Shown here: positions 37,639 to 47,283 of the stretch, in pieces
How the letters are laid out: each line of letters opens with the position of its first letter
How positions within the stretch are numbered: the first letter of the stretch is position 1
Source: a virus
Length of the DNA: 64,000 nt
Direction: 5' to 3' (one strand)
IMG/VR virus record: IMGVR_UViG_3300037336_000053
Location: 59,363-123,362 of that record
Notes under the pieces: generated by a model
What the model was told of the DNA's origin: nothing
The model's input: the letters and a program-made list of their open reading frames with translations, nothing else
Databases searched by the model: none
Made by a program: the position numbers and the translations under genes

Positions 37639-37939
37639 TTCTAATACTTTTCACTTCTTGAGTAATGGCTTTTACTTCTTGATTAACTTCTTGTAGGTTT
37701 TTACTAGCTCTATTTAGTGTGGTTATCAAGTACTTGATAGTGAATATTGCCCACCACCACCATACTACAGCAGTTATTGCAAATCCAACCAACCCTACGT
37801 AGAATGCAGTTTCAAAATCAATAATATCAAATAGTATTAGTATTATACTACTCAGCAGAAATACTGTGGGAGTTAACCGTGCGTATAAGTCCCAGCGTTC
37901 TACCTGTTCAGTAATAATTTGATTCTTTTTATCGTCCAT
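37628..37939 (-). CDS. Two-TM protein with C-terminal coiled coil
   Basis: Hydrophobic segments. Confidence 0.6.
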   Translation of the reverse strand: MDDKKNQIITEQVERWDLYARLTPTVFLLSSIILILFDIIDFETAFYVGLVGFAITAVVWWWWAIFTIKYLITTLNRASKNLQEVNQEVKAITQEVKSIRNES

Positions 37940-37984
37940 AAAGTATTTATAGACGCTACACTGTGTGTAATAATGTGCTTTTAA

Positions 37985-39091
37985 TCAAGCACTTATTTGG
38001 CCGAAGGGCTTCCATTCGCCTGGGGTACCTTCTCTAATACAAATCCATCCTACGTATCCTGTTGGTTTTGGACTACTATTCCAAACAACATCACCCAATG
38101 CGTATGAACCTGAAGTTGGTGTGCTTGTACCTACTTCAAATTTCTTACCCTGCATGCGTATTGGTCCAGCAGTAGTAATGTCGGCGTCACTTGCAAAGTT
38201 TTTAACACCTACACCAATCTTACCATTAAACACTGCTTTAGATGCAAATATAACATCGCCACTTGGTTCAATACTAATGCGTTTAGTATCGTCAGTAACA
38301 ATGTCTAATCCACTAGTAGTCCAAGTACCAATTTTAAATCGGTAGTCATCAGTTGCATCAATTAAAAATTCGTGGTCTAAACTAGCAATACTAAATGCAC
38401 CATTTGGGCTACTGATTCCTAATCCTAAACGCATACTATCAGCATCATAGAAGATATGTTCGTCGATGGTGACTGCGCCAGCAACACGTAACGAATCTAA
38501 TGTACCTACACGTTGTAGGTTACTGTTAACAATTCCTAACCCAATACTGTCTTCGCTTATTACAGTTTGATTAGCAATACGATATTCCTTACCTTTAGAA
38601 ACATCAATTGTTTCACTACTAAACAATCTGTCCGGACTGCCTTGCATAGTTAACTGTCTAGTATTTCCAGCACCTGTCCAAATTAATCCTTTGCTATAGA
38701 TGTTACCACCTTCTGCTTTGAATTCTAAAGGACCTGTTCTTTCGTTTCTTACATCAGCACTAATCTCATCTACGTGTAATTTAGTTGCAGTAATTTCACC
38801 CTTAACAGTTAAACTACCTTCAATGGTTAGTGGGTTAACAATAGTGTTAACACGCAATACTGTAACAGTAACGCCATCGTTACCAACAAGTAACGTTGGT
38901 GCAGTTGCAGTATCTTTAATACCAGTACTTGCAAAATTAGTAATTGTTCCACCGTTAATCTTATTACCTGATAATTGTCTATCAAGTATTTCAGGCTTTG
39001 GTGCAGGCTGTTTAGATATTGCTTCTACCGCTGCACTTACGGCAGCAAAGCCATTTCTCATTTCTATTAGTTTATTTTCCATATCGCTCAT
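37985..39091 (-). CDS. Probable virion/tail fiber-like protein
   Basis: SNLQRVGTL, GDVVWNSSP...GWIC motifs; TAAATA upstream. Confidence 0.6.
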   Translation of the reverse strand: MSDMENKLIEMRNGFAAVSAAVEAISKQPAPKPEILDRQLSGNKINGGTITNFASTGIKDTATAPTLLVGNDGVTVTVLRVNTIVNPLTIEGSLTVKGEITATKLHVDEISADVRNERTGPLEFKAEGGNIYSKGLIWTGAGNTRQLTMQGSPDRLFSSETIDVSKGKEYRIANQTVISEDSIGLGIVNSNLQRVGTLDSLRVAGAVTIDEHIFYDADSMRLGLGISSPNGAFSIASLDHEFLIDATDDYRFKIGTWTTSGLDIVTDDTKRISIEPSGDVIFASKAVFNGKIGVGVKNFASDADITTAGPIRMQGKKFEVGTSTPTSGSYALGDVVWNSSPKPTGYVGWICIREGTPGEWKPFGQISA

Positions 39092-39138
39092 TGTGATAAA
39101 TCCCTGCTGTTACAGTATTTATCACAATGAGTTATAGA

Positions 39139-40440
39139 TTATGATACTTTAAGCAAGATAGTATCGATGTTAATACGTCCATTCATCCTAGTATCTACTG
39201 CACTAATGTTATCAAGGAATGTACGCAACGCTACTTTGCCAGCTGCCTTGAACGCTTTAAGTTGTTCATCTGGCTTGCGCAATGTCTTTTGAATACTAAG
39301 TTCTTCGTTAAACCCTGTAATAGTAGTGCCTTTAACCTGCAAGCCACTGGTACCGCGTCCCATTCCAGTTGGATCAATGTTAGTTGCAACATACTTGCCC
39401 AGCTTGCGAGTCTTAACATTAAATGTCCAAAGTTCGTTTGCTCCTACAACGTCTGTAGGATTAACACTTGCAAGTTTATACTTGTCGTCCAACTTCAAAA
39501 ACTTCAGCTTACTAACAAGTTTATCAGCACTCTTAGGGTTGGCAATACGCGGAGCACGAGTTGCTTTGGCTGCATCAATGATATACTCAAGTGCTTGCAT
39601 TAAATTTTCAATAGCACTAGTATACTTTGCAATATCTGATTTCTTAAGATGTGCGTAGCCTTCTTTAAGCTGTGCCCACATGTCTGTTTCTAGCTCATCC
39701 ATCTTTTTCAACTGGCCAGCTGTGGGCATACGATCCAGTTCTTCAAAATCTAACAGTTCTTTTTCAAAGAATGTTTTCATCTTACGAGCATGTGCTTGCG
39801 TAGTACCAGCTTTGCTAAAATGTGTTTTAAAGTTAAACCCTGTTGGATCAAAGCCTGGTTTGTTTGTAATAAAGCCTTCTAACCATTCTTCAATTGGCTC
39901 AGCAGTTGCTCGCGCTTGGTCTGTAATACGCTCTTGGATAGTGGGAACATATACTTTAGAACTTGCTTTTTCGTCTAGCTTTGCTTTAGCAACTTCTTTA
40001 GCACCGCCTACGATTGTTTTTTCTAGCACTCTTTTAATATACTCACTTACAGGCGTCATTTGGCCTATTGTGCCTGCCAAACTATCCCAGTGTACAGCAT
40101 GCTTTGGATTAAGATCCATCATTCCAGTGCGCAACAATTTACACAAGATAGCAGTATTAACACTAATGCTGTCTGCACCTTTAGCTGCACGAGCACATTT
40201 AATCTGTTCAGCAGTGTAATCGTTTTCTTTCATCCACGCCCAGCAATCAGGTTCTAAATCAGCGGACTTATAGTTGTCATAGTAAAACGATTTAGAATGA
40301 CGCTGGAAAACATGATAATCATACCCGCTCCAATTTTCGCAACCTTCCCAGCTTGGACCCGTGACTTTTGCACCACGTCTAACTACTGGTGCCGAACGGG
40401 CCTTTTTCTTTGGAATTTTAATACCAACGCTTTTTGCCAT
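39139..40440 (-). CDS. Large early hypothetical protein
   Basis: Start MAKSVG at 40440 with SD GGAG, downstream of a consensus promoter. Confidence 0.75.
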   Translation of the reverse strand: MAKSVGIKIPKKKARSAPVVRRGAKVTGPSWEGCENWSGYDYHVFQRHSKSFYYDNYKSADLEPDCWAWMKENDYTAEQIKCARAAKGADSISVNTAILCKLLRTGMMDLNPKHAVHWDSLAGTIGQMTPVSEYIKRVLEKTIVGGAKEVAKAKLDEKASSKVYVPTIQERITDQARATAEPIEEWLEGFITNKPGFDPTGFNFKTHFSKAGTTQAHARKMKTFFEKELLDFEELDRMPTAGQLKKMDELETDMWAQLKEGYAHLKKSDIAKYTSAIENLMQALEYIIDAAKATRAPRIANPKSADKLVSKLKFLKLDDKYKLASVNPTDVVGANELWTFNVKTRKLGKYVATNIDPTGMGRGTSGLQVKGTTITGFNEELSIQKTLRKPDEQLKAFKAAGKVALRTFLDNISAVDTRMNGRINIDTILLKVS

Positions 40441-40470
40441 GCTAACTCTCCTATTGCTGTTTATGTTACT

Positions 40471-40499
40471 ATTATATAGCCGAGAGGCTACAATGTCAA
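40471..40499 (-). promoter_or_regulatory. sigma70 consensus promoter
   Basis: TTGACA-N17-TATAAT. Confidence 0.85.
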
Positions 40500-40771
40500 C
40501 TCTTTTTAAGAGCCCAGAACGTGGCTTGTTTGCCACTGAGATATCCTGTGATAACCACACGGTTTGTGTATGTGGGCAGATCCAACCATGTGTGGTGGGT
40601 TATTTCTGTGGCGTTTTCCATACAGAATTTGCCTGCAGGTGTTTGCTGCCATTCATAAATTGGTTGTGCCATATAGACCTCAACATCCTCTACATCACCC
40701 ATAGTAAATTCGTGTAGCTTATATTTTTCTCTAACTTCGCCGTTGACTAGTTTATATTTCATGAGCTCCAT
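40496..40771 (-). CDS. Small protein, ...F.L(R/K)W family
   Basis: Ends QATFWALKKS. Confidence 0.6.
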   Translation of the reverse strand: MELMKYKLVNGEVREKYKLHEFTMGDVEDVEVYMAQPIYEWQQTPAGKFCMENATEITHHTWLDLPTYTNRVVITGYLSGKQATFWALKKS

Positions 40772-40962
40772 CTTAGAGTGTACAACATGTGATCTTTTTC
40801 GTGTTCGAAGCGAATTTCAAATATAGGTTTAGGAAACCATCTTGAGTGACTCATAGGTCCAAAAGTCTGTACGCACCATGCAACACGTTCGTCCCATTGT
40901 TGCTGTGACATGCCACCACACTTGCCTTTATACTTCATGAACTCCACCTCAACAGGAACCAT
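40759..40962 (-). CDS. Small protein, ...F.L(R/K)W family
   Basis: Ends FEHEKDHMLYTLRWSS. Confidence 0.6.
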   Translation of the reverse strand: MVPVEVEFMKYKGKCGGMSQQQWDERVAWCVQTFGPMSHSRWFPKPIFEIRFEHEKDHMLYTLRWSS

Positions 40963-41174
40963 ACATAATCCTGTTCATACACAAAACAAAATCTATACTG
41001 ATCAAAATGATCTCTCCCAGCCCAGAATACACACCAGATGCCGGCTCTATTGCCCACCGCCTGCCACCGTGTGTCAAATTGTTCCTCGCACCACTTCATA
41101 GCATCTTGGTGCTGATCCTTGTGAATCAACACTTCGTAGTTGAACTGACTGTGAGTAGGGACCTTGATTATCAT
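40935..41174 (-). CDS. Small protein, ...F.L(R/K)W family
   Basis: Ends FVYEQDYVWFLLRWSS; start 41174. Confidence 0.6.
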   Translation of the reverse strand: MIIKVPTHSQFNYEVLIHKDQHQDAMKWCEEQFDTRWQAVGNRAGIWCVFWAGRDHFDQYRFCFVYEQDYVWFLLRWSS

Positions 41175-41272
41175 GTCCCGCTCCATCGTAGAGTAAACCA
41201 AGTGGCATCTCTATCTTCACTGAAGAAATAATCAATCTGAACCGGATAGTTGCTGCGTTCTATAACTTTCAT
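41171..41272 (-). CDS. 33-aa member of ...F.L(R/K)W family (unannotated)
   Basis: MKVIERSNYPVQIDYFFSEDRDATWFTLRWSGT; ATGA overlaps on both sides. Confidence 0.6.
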   Translation of the reverse strand: MKVIERSNYPVQIDYFFSEDRDATWFTLRWSGT

Positions 41273-41451
41273 GCCCACCTTAATGTAAACATAGTAACGT
41301 CCCGCTCATCACTAAAATAATAAACAATACTATAACAGTCTCCCGCATGGTCATTAGTAGTAAGTACCGTATTCGTGGTATAACTTGTGCAGTGTTTTTT
41401 AGCCCATTCCAGAGCTTTCCACTCCGGATCATAAGGCAATGTCACTGTCAT
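41269..41451 (-). CDS. Small protein, ...F.L(R/K)W family
   Basis: Ends YFSDERDVTMFTLRWA. Confidence 0.6.
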   Translation of the reverse strand: MTVTLPYDPEWKALEWAKKHCTSYTTNTVLTTNDHAGDCYSIVYYFSDERDVTMFTLRWA

Positions 41452-41672
41452 GACGAGAACTTCAATGCAAACAAGGTAGCATCTCTGCCTTCTTTAAAAT
41501 AAAAGTCAGTGCTGTTATGATGATAGACAGCATTCCACTGATCCTTAAATGACCCTAAGTGTTTGCCTAACCATATTTCAACATTGTCAATTTTCATTCC
41601 TGTGTCATCTACACCAAGATTCACACAGTGTGGCCACAGTTCTTTTTTCAGTATTCTCACGATCCACTCCAC
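41448..41672 (-). CDS. Small protein, ...F.L(R/K)W family
   Basis: Ends FKEGRDATLFALKFSS. Confidence 0.6.
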   Translation of the reverse strand: MEWIVRILKKELWPHCVNLGVDDTGMKIDNVEIWLGKHLGSFKDQWNAVYHHNSTDFYFKEGRDATLFALKFSS

Positions 41673-41941
41673 CTCAATGCAAACAGAGTAGCCAGCTTGG
41701 GATCTTTCACAGTGATTGTGGGAATGTAATCACCAGCAGTGTCATGAACCTGTTTATCATCAACCCGTTTATCATAGGGCACAAACCTACGCTCATAGTA
41801 CCACGCACACTCATCAAAGCCAACTCCGTTAGCATTATCCACACCTGAGCCTACATGCTCCTTTAACCATTCTGTACACCCATCAGGCACGCCTTGAGGG
41901 AAATCTACTCTCATGGACTCCTGATGTAGGTTAGCGTTCAT
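41657..41941 (-). CDS. Small protein, ...F.L(R/K)W family
   Basis: Ends KDPKLATLFALRWSGS. Confidence 0.6.
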   Translation of the reverse strand: MNANLHQESMRVDFPQGVPDGCTEWLKEHVGSGVDNANGVGFDECAWYYERRFVPYDKRVDDKQVHDTAGDYIPTITVKDPKLATLFALRWSGS

Positions 41942-42356
41942 ATACTTTGCTTAACTCTTGATCTGCAATAGCTCTTGCATCGTGCAGTGCATTGTGTGGA
42001 ACTTTGCTGTCTGCACTGCTTAGATCTCTGCGTATCTCCATAGTAATCGGAGGATAGTTTAAACACATGCCTGGCCCTGTAATCAAAGCATCACAGAAGT
42101 GTTTGATATCTTCTGACCAGTCGGAGATTAAATGTATGCTGTGATATTGGAATAAGAACTGTTGAAGTTTAGTTTGAAACACGTCTAGTTCGATAGGTTC
42201 TTTTTCTAGGAACGGCATAACATGTTCAGCGACCCAATCTTTTGGACCAGCACAGTGCAACACTTCGTAGAACTCGTTGCCATCTTCACCAACCAGTGCC
42301 ATACTGATAAGCTCGCCTTTGAACTCGTTAAATTCTGTATCTATATAAATTTTCAT
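41931..42356 (-). CDS. DEDDh 3'-5' exonuclease
   Basis: IDTEF...HNALHDA. Confidence 0.8.
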   Translation of the reverse strand: MKIYIDTEFNEFKGELISMALVGEDGNEFYEVLHCAGPKDWVAEHVMPFLEKEPIELDVFQTKLQQFLFQYHSIHLISDWSEDIKHFCDALITGPGMCLNYPPITMEIRRDLSSADSKVPHNALHDARAIADQELSKVYER

Positions 42357-42682
42357 TCTATTATTGCTTTCTGTTTTGGACTATTGTACAGGCAGTTGCC
42401 TCGCTCTCGAATCAAATTAACAAGTTGTTGAGGATCAACTTTTGCAATTTCTTTAAGTTCAATTTCAGTAATACTGTCAACTGTAGTAAACGACCAAATT
42501 TCAGGACTACGCTGAGGATTATATCGAGCTCTCATTGTCATTGCGTGTAGGCTAACCGGAGCAGGCTTTAGCTCTTTGCCTGCAATTACGTTCAGCAGAG
42601 AATTACGTTCCCAACTAGTACAGTCTACAATGCACTCAAATCCTAGGCAGTCCCAGGATGCAATAAATTTACGTTCTTTCAT
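42353..42682 (-). CDS. Hypothetical protein
   Basis: Coupled ORF. Confidence 0.6.
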   Translation of the reverse strand: MKERKFIASWDCLGFECIVDCTSWERNSLLNVIAGKELKPAPVSLHAMTMRARYNPQRSPEIWSFTTVDSITEIELKEIAKVDPQQLVNLIRERGNCLYNSPKQKAIIE

Positions 42683-43053
42683 CTGTAATGAATATCAACT
42701 AATCTTAAAATATTTTGATACTTATCGTATGCAATCTTTGCCGCGGGATTTTCATGTCTAATTCGAGTTTCGCGATCATGCTGTTCTACAATATAGACTG
42801 CCTCGTTTCCTATAATGTAGTTGCTCGTCCGTGCGTCGTATAGCCATTTGTCATGTTCTAATAGAGCACGGAAGCGATCCTCTGGCATGTGTACTTCTAC
42901 ACATTTAACTTCGGTGATGGGCATAGTTTCAAATATTTCAGGATCACTGTCACTGCATACAGCATATGACACTGGTTTAAGTCTGCGATGCATACGACTA
43001 CTTTCACGCACATAAGCATCGTACTTTTGGCAAAACTTGTCAACTTCTTTCAT
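42679..43053 (-). CDS. Hypothetical protein
   Basis: Coupled ORF. Confidence 0.6.
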   Translation of the reverse strand: MKEVDKFCQKYDAYVRESSRMHRRLKPVSYAVCSDSDPEIFETMPITEVKCVEVHMPEDRFRALLEHDKWLYDARTSNYIIGNEAVYIVEQHDRETRIRHENPAAKIAYDKYQNILRLVDIHYR

Positions 43054-44372
43054 AGTTTTTCGCCAGGTTCAAATCCGCGGAATGTTTTAAAACGCGGAAA
43101 ACGCAAACTGTAGGTGCCGTCTTGGTTCTGTGTTACAGCATCTGCCCTAACTTCAACAAGCTGACCAATAAGAGAATCCCGAGTATGCCAAAAAGTGGAT
43201 CTCTGCTCATCCGCAAAACCACTGCCCACATTAACACGTATATCCTTGCCGTCATCCTGCCCAGCACATACAAAAGCCCCAAGTCTTCCTTCATTGCGTC
43301 CAGTTCCTTCTTCTAAATTGGTAATACTTAATGTTACTTCAATGAATGGTTTGGCTTTGAGCCAAGCATGACTGCGTTTGCACTCATATCCTGCGTCCAC
43401 ATCTTTGATCATAACACCCTCATATCCTCCGTCTACAGCCGCTTTATTCAGCTCTACAAAGCGTTGTTCACCTTCTACAGTGTCTAAGTCAACATCTTCC
43501 CACTCAAGCGCTTGTACGTGCTGTAAGAACGCCTGGTGTTTTGCAACCCAATGTACTACAAGTTGACTACGGACGTTCTGTGGCTTATTCCATACACCTT
43601 TTTGGAATTCATCTAACGGAACACAGTCAAACAAATGTAGTACAGCATCGCTTGCTGTTACATTGTCCTTGCGATGTACCTGTTTCATTAGGTCTTGGAA
43701 GTTAGCACTCATTACTTCTCCGTCCAAAACCAAATCATATGGCGGTGGATCAAATTTAGCTACAGTTTCAATTTCTTTAATAATGTGTCCAAAGTTGTGA
43801 AATTCTTTGCCATTGCGACTAAACATATTAATACGTCCGTCTACACGGACAATAGTAATAACTCGAACACCATCTAGTTTGACTTCGATCTGTTTCTTGC
43901 CAGTCATCTTCTTTTCGTGATTGGCGCTGTCGTGTGCAAGTTGGCAAGTGAACACAGGAACTGCATATTGCGGGAAGTCTTTAGCAACCTTGTTTACAGT
44001 CTTTTCACTTACACCGCATCGCAAGTCTTTGATAAGGATACGACGATAAAAGCCGTTCCACTGTGCTGTGGTAGCAACACTCATTGCAAGTTCAATTGCA
44101 TCACGAGCAGCATGTCCGGTAAGCTCACGGTTGATCAATTGATCGGCAAGTACTTTAAATGTAGGCCAATCAAGCCCCTGTCCTGTAAGTACATCTGAAC
44201 GTTCTGGAACTGCTTTAACACCGAATGTGATCATAGCATCTAGTGCCATACGCACACCTTCAAAGAACTCGTCTAGTCCTTCTTGCATTGCAGATTCAAG
44301 AATGCCTTCTTTGTTAAGACGACTAGGATGATCCTCTAGCGATGAAATAATACTTTGTGGCTGTGTTCGCAT
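43050..44372 (-). CDS. ATP-dependent DNA ligase
   Basis: EVKLDGVR, LDGEV, GYEGVMIK, WLKAK, VGSGF, LRFPRF. Confidence 0.95.
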   Translation of the reverse strand: MRTQPQSIISSLEDHPSRLNKEGILESAMQEGLDEFFEGVRMALDAMITFGVKAVPERSDVLTGQGLDWPTFKVLADQLINRELTGHAARDAIELAMSVATTAQWNGFYRRILIKDLRCGVSEKTVNKVAKDFPQYAVPVFTCQLAHDSANHEKKMTGKKQIEVKLDGVRVITIVRVDGRINMFSRNGKEFHNFGHIIKEIETVAKFDPPPYDLVLDGEVMSANFQDLMKQVHRKDNVTASDAVLHLFDCVPLDEFQKGVWNKPQNVRSQLVVHWVAKHQAFLQHVQALEWEDVDLDTVEGEQRFVELNKAAVDGGYEGVMIKDVDAGYECKRSHAWLKAKPFIEVTLSITNLEEGTGRNEGRLGAFVCAGQDDGKDIRVNVGSGFADEQRSTFWHTRDSLIGQLVEVRADAVTQNQDGTYSLRFPRFKTFRGFEPGEKL

Positions 44373-44533
44373 AATTGTTCCGGTTCCATTTCTAGTGATT
44401 GGTGAAAGTCAAAAACTTCGTGCCCTTGTAATGCATATATTGTAGCACACTTAGGAGTACAGAGCAAGATCTTTTGTTCTACAATCTTGCCCTGTTCCCA
44501 TTTTTCAATGTCATACAGCCTATGTTCTATCAA
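44336..44533 (-). CDS. Hypothetical protein
   Basis: Short ORF filling the gap. Confidence 0.4.
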   Translation of the reverse strand: MIEHRLYDIEKWEQGKIVEQKILLCTPKCATIYALQGHEVFDFHQSLEMEPEQLCEHSHKVLFHR

Positions 44534-45056
44534 TTCTTAACTCCTCAATATTGATAGGTATGTAGTTGATTTGCTCTACACTTACGCATCTGTGGCTAGG
44601 CGACGGTGGAGGATTTTGGTGAATGTGTCCGTGTACATTTAACATACTGCCTTCACCAAATCTGTGGCTTTCACCCAACGTGCTGTTGTGTACAGGTACG
44701 TGGGTTAACAACAACCCAAACTCTGGGAACATTCTCCACATCATCACTTCGCTGAAGTAGTTGCCCAACAATTTGATGTTGTCGTGGTTACCAACAACCA
44801 AACGTTTCTTACCGTTCAATCTGTTGAAGTTAGCATCCAACCACGCTGGCTTGTCCATTCCAAACAACACATCGCCCAAGTGGTAGACTTTGTCACCGGG
44901 CTTAACAACACTGTTCCAGTTGGCAATCATTTGCTCGTCCATATCTGTAACGTCCGTAAAACGGTCGCCACGAGTTGGAGCACCATCTGCATCTTTAAAA
45001 TTTAAGATACCTGCGTGGTTAAAGTGTGTATCGCTGATTACCCAAATATCTGACAT
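44520..45056 (-). CDS. Calcineurin-like metallophosphoesterase
   Basis: SDTHF, HLGDV, GNHD, HGHIH motifs. Confidence 0.9.
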   Translation of the reverse strand: MSDIWVISDTHFNHAGILNFKDADGAPTRGDRFTDVTDMDEQMIANWNSVVKPGDKVYHLGDVLFGMDKPAWLDANFNRLNGKKRLVVGNHDNIKLLGNYFSEVMMWRMFPEFGLLLTHVPVHNSTLGESHRFGEGSMLNVHGHIHQNPPPSPSHRCVSVEQINYIPINIEELRIDRT

Positions 45057-45116
45057 TGTGAGCCTCTTTTTGTTTATACATACATTATAACATATTATAG
45101 GCTTTTGTCAACCTAT

Positions 45117-45284
45117 TTAATGTACTGATGCTTTTGCATCTACTTTGCACTCAACTACCCAATCGTTGAATTGAGTAAACTTGTTAACTTCAACACCAAG
45201 CCCAACTGCTTCATTTACAAAGTGCTGTAGTAATGCGTTGTACAGTGCATCGGGCATTGTTTGTTTATCAAATTTAATTTTCAT
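45117..45284 (-). CDS. 55-aa hypothetical protein (unannotated)
   Basis: MKIKFDKQTMPDALYNALLQHFVNEAVG..; ATG overlaps the upstream stop. Confidence 0.55.
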   Translation of the reverse strand: MKIKFDKQTMPDALYNALLQHFVNEAVGLGVEVNKFTQFNDWVVECKVDAKASVH

Positions 45285-45490
45285 TACCAATTCTCCACGC
45301 CTGCAATTTCTACACTAAACTTACAGTCTAACTCATTTACTTGCGTTCGAATAGTAAGGGTAATTACACTGCCAATACCTGAACTAGCTTCATGTGCTAG
45401 CGCAAAAGATTCTGCATTTGGAAACTTGTTCATAACTTCTAAAATCTTTTCTACATCTCGTTTATTAATATACATCATGCTATCATCCAA
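45284..45490 (-). CDS. Hypothetical protein
   Basis: Coupled ORF. Confidence 0.55.
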   Translation of the reverse strand: MDDSMMYINKRDVEKILEVMNKFPNAESFALAHEASSGIGSVITLTIRTQVNELDCKFSVEIAGVENW

Positions 45491-45789
45491 TCCATTTCTT
45501 CTTTTACTTCAATACTTTCACTACCATCATATTCATTTATACGGAACAATGTACCTTCTGGAAGCCAAGCAATTTCCAAACTGTCCATGCCGCCTGTGTA
45601 CATATCTGGATACCAAAGAGTCATGTAAGTGTTCAACTTATCAAAGTCTCCTGTTTCAACACACTGTACTACCATAGGATCAAACAGCGCTTTGTTGCCA
45701 TAGTCGCCGTGGCCCCAAGAGCTCCAACCAGCGCCGAACCCTGGACTGTATAGTACAGCAACTTTTCCGTCTCTAATTACTTTGTCCAT
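45475..45789 (-). CDS. Conserved-looking phage hypothetical protein
   Basis: VAVLYSPGFGAGWSSW...EYDGSE pattern. Confidence 0.65.
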   Translation of the reverse strand: MDKVIRDGKVAVLYSPGFGAGWSSWGHGDYGNKALFDPMVVQCVETGDFDKLNTYMTLWYPDMYTGGMDSLEIAWLPEGTLFRINEYDGSESIEVKEEMDWMIA

Positions 45790-45790
45790 A

Positions 45791-46807
45791 TTAATTACCG
45801 CCTTTCAATAAGAACTTATTAGAAATTGCTTTGAACGAACATTGCATATCTAGAATCTTAAACACAAGTCCTTCTCGTTCACAACCAACCATTCCCATAA
45901 CTGACTTACCTTCTGCAGACATTAGCAGATCAGCAATGGTAGTTGACTCATCCATTGTGAGGGTTCCAAGAACAGGCACATGTTTAATATCAAACTCATC
46001 AACGAATGCTTTTCGTTCTGCAGGAGTAAAGTACTTGTTGGTATCAATATTGTAGATGTCAAACAAGAAAAAATCTTGTCCTTTGCTCTTATATGGATTA
46101 CCTTGAATACCTTCTCCAATCAGTTCACCTTGCAATGCAATATTACGATTAGCACGACGAAGTTTTAATTCTAGATCATTGGCAACTGCAACTTTCCACA
46201 GGCTGTTAGTTTCGCTTGGCTTGAGATCAAGATTACGTGAACAAACTCCAAACTCTCCATCACGCAAGTAAGCTGTCATTGACGCACCGTCTAGCTTTTC
46301 AGTAATTTCCCAAGCATGCTGTTCTTTAGCCCAGTATGCAAGTTCTTCCTTTAGATTCTGAATACGTTCTTGATCAGTCTTTTGAAGCCAACTTGGAAAC
46401 ATACCTTTAACTTCACCAGCAAGACATGCAGGAATAGGAGCTTCATACTTAGTGATACTAAGGATAGCAGAAACATCCATTCCTACTTCAAGACCAAGAA
46501 CACAAATACCGCCGATGTTTGCTGGCAGCAACAATCCTTGCGATAGTTGTCCACGCAGTCTAATAGTACGCAAGCGTTCGCCTGCAACACCGTCATACAC
46601 TCGCGGCTCGTTGCCTTTGCTGAGGAATGGTGCTAGTGCATGCGGGATCCATGAATCAATTTCACAGTAGACTGCATGGTCGCCAGTAGTATACTTATCG
46701 ATGGTGTCGACTACCCACCAACCATTCACCCGATATGCACAAATTTTATCAGCACCGTTGATAGGTTTAATTTCTTCAATTTTACGGATAGAAGCTAGAT
46801 TACGCAT
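45791..46807 (-). CDS. RNA ligase (Rnl2/DRB0094-like, N-terminal OB domain)
   Basis: EKLDG motif I, QGELIG, FFLFD, REGLV, KAISN. Confidence 0.88.
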   Translation of the reverse strand: MRNLASIRKIEEIKPINGADKICAYRVNGWWVVDTIDKYTTGDHAVYCEIDSWIPHALAPFLSKGNEPRVYDGVAGERLRTIRLRGQLSQGLLLPANIGGICVLGLEVGMDVSAILSITKYEAPIPACLAGEVKGMFPSWLQKTDQERIQNLKEELAYWAKEQHAWEITEKLDGASMTAYLRDGEFGVCSRNLDLKPSETNSLWKVAVANDLELKLRRANRNIALQGELIGEGIQGNPYKSKGQDFFLFDIYNIDTNKYFTPAERKAFVDEFDIKHVPVLGTLTMDESTTIADLLMSAEGKSVMGMVGCEREGLVFKILDMQCSFKAISNKFLLKGGN

Positions 46808-46833
46808 GGTATTCCTTTAAACATTATATTTAT

Positions 46834-46861
46834 ATTATAGCACCTTTTGTACTATTGTCAA
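46834..46861 (-). promoter_or_regulatory. sigma70 promoter for RNA ligase operon
   Basis: TTGACA-N16-TATAAT immediately after tRNA-Phe. Confidence 0.7.
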
Positions 46862-46871
46862 GACTAAAAAT

Positions 46872-46947
46872 TGGTGCTGCCTACAGGAATCGAACCTGTT
46901 TCACCGGGACTTCAATCCGGAGCTATAACCATATCAGCTAAAGCAGC
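46872..46947 (-). tRNA. tRNA-Phe(GAA)
   Basis: Cloverleaf, loop TT-GAA-GT, encoded CCA. Confidence 0.88.
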
Positions 46948-46953
46948 ATATAC

Positions 46954-47029
46954 TGGGGAGAAGTATGGGAATCGAACCCATATTAACGGAATCACAATCC
47001 GTGGTGTTAACCTTTACACTAACGACTCC
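46954..47029 (-). tRNA. tRNA-His(GTG)
   Basis: Loop TT-GTG-AT, G-1:C73, CCA. Confidence 0.9.
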
Positions 47030-47036
47030 ATAAAAC

Positions 47037-47113
47037 TGGTGCGCCTGGAGAGACTCGAACTCCCAACCTGCGGTTTCGAAGACCGACGCTCTAATCCATT
47101 GAGCTACAGGCGC
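47037..47113 (-). tRNA. tRNA-Arg(TCG)
   Basis: Loop CT-TCG-AA, CCA. Confidence 0.92.
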
Positions 47114-47114
47114 T

Positions 47115-47189
47115 TGGTGGTAATGACTGGACTTGAACCAGTAACAGCTTCCTTATGAGGGAAGTGGACTACCATTGTCCTACATTACC
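47115..47189 (-). tRNA. tRNA-Met(CAT), elongator-like (Ile2 not excluded)
   Basis: Loop CT-CAT-AA, acceptor GGTAATG/CATTACC, CCA. Confidence 0.85.
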
Positions 47190-47199
47190 ATACTAAAAC

Positions 47200-47276
47200 T
47201 GGAGTGCGTGACAAGACTTGAACTTGCATAAACGAGATTTGCAATCTCGGGCCTAACCATTCGGCTACACACGCAC
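47200..47276 (-). tRNA. tRNA-Cys(GCA)
   Basis: Loop TT-GCA-AA, U73, CCA; 5' end uncertain by 2 nt. Confidence 0.9.
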
Positions 47277-47283
47277 ATAAAAC

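Noticed and set aside
46871-47158. 95-aa + strand ORF over the tRNA genes (also 47998-48252, 49836-50042, 51919-52125)
   Set aside because: Antisense shadows of tRNAs or other features, with no SD or recognisable protein motifs.
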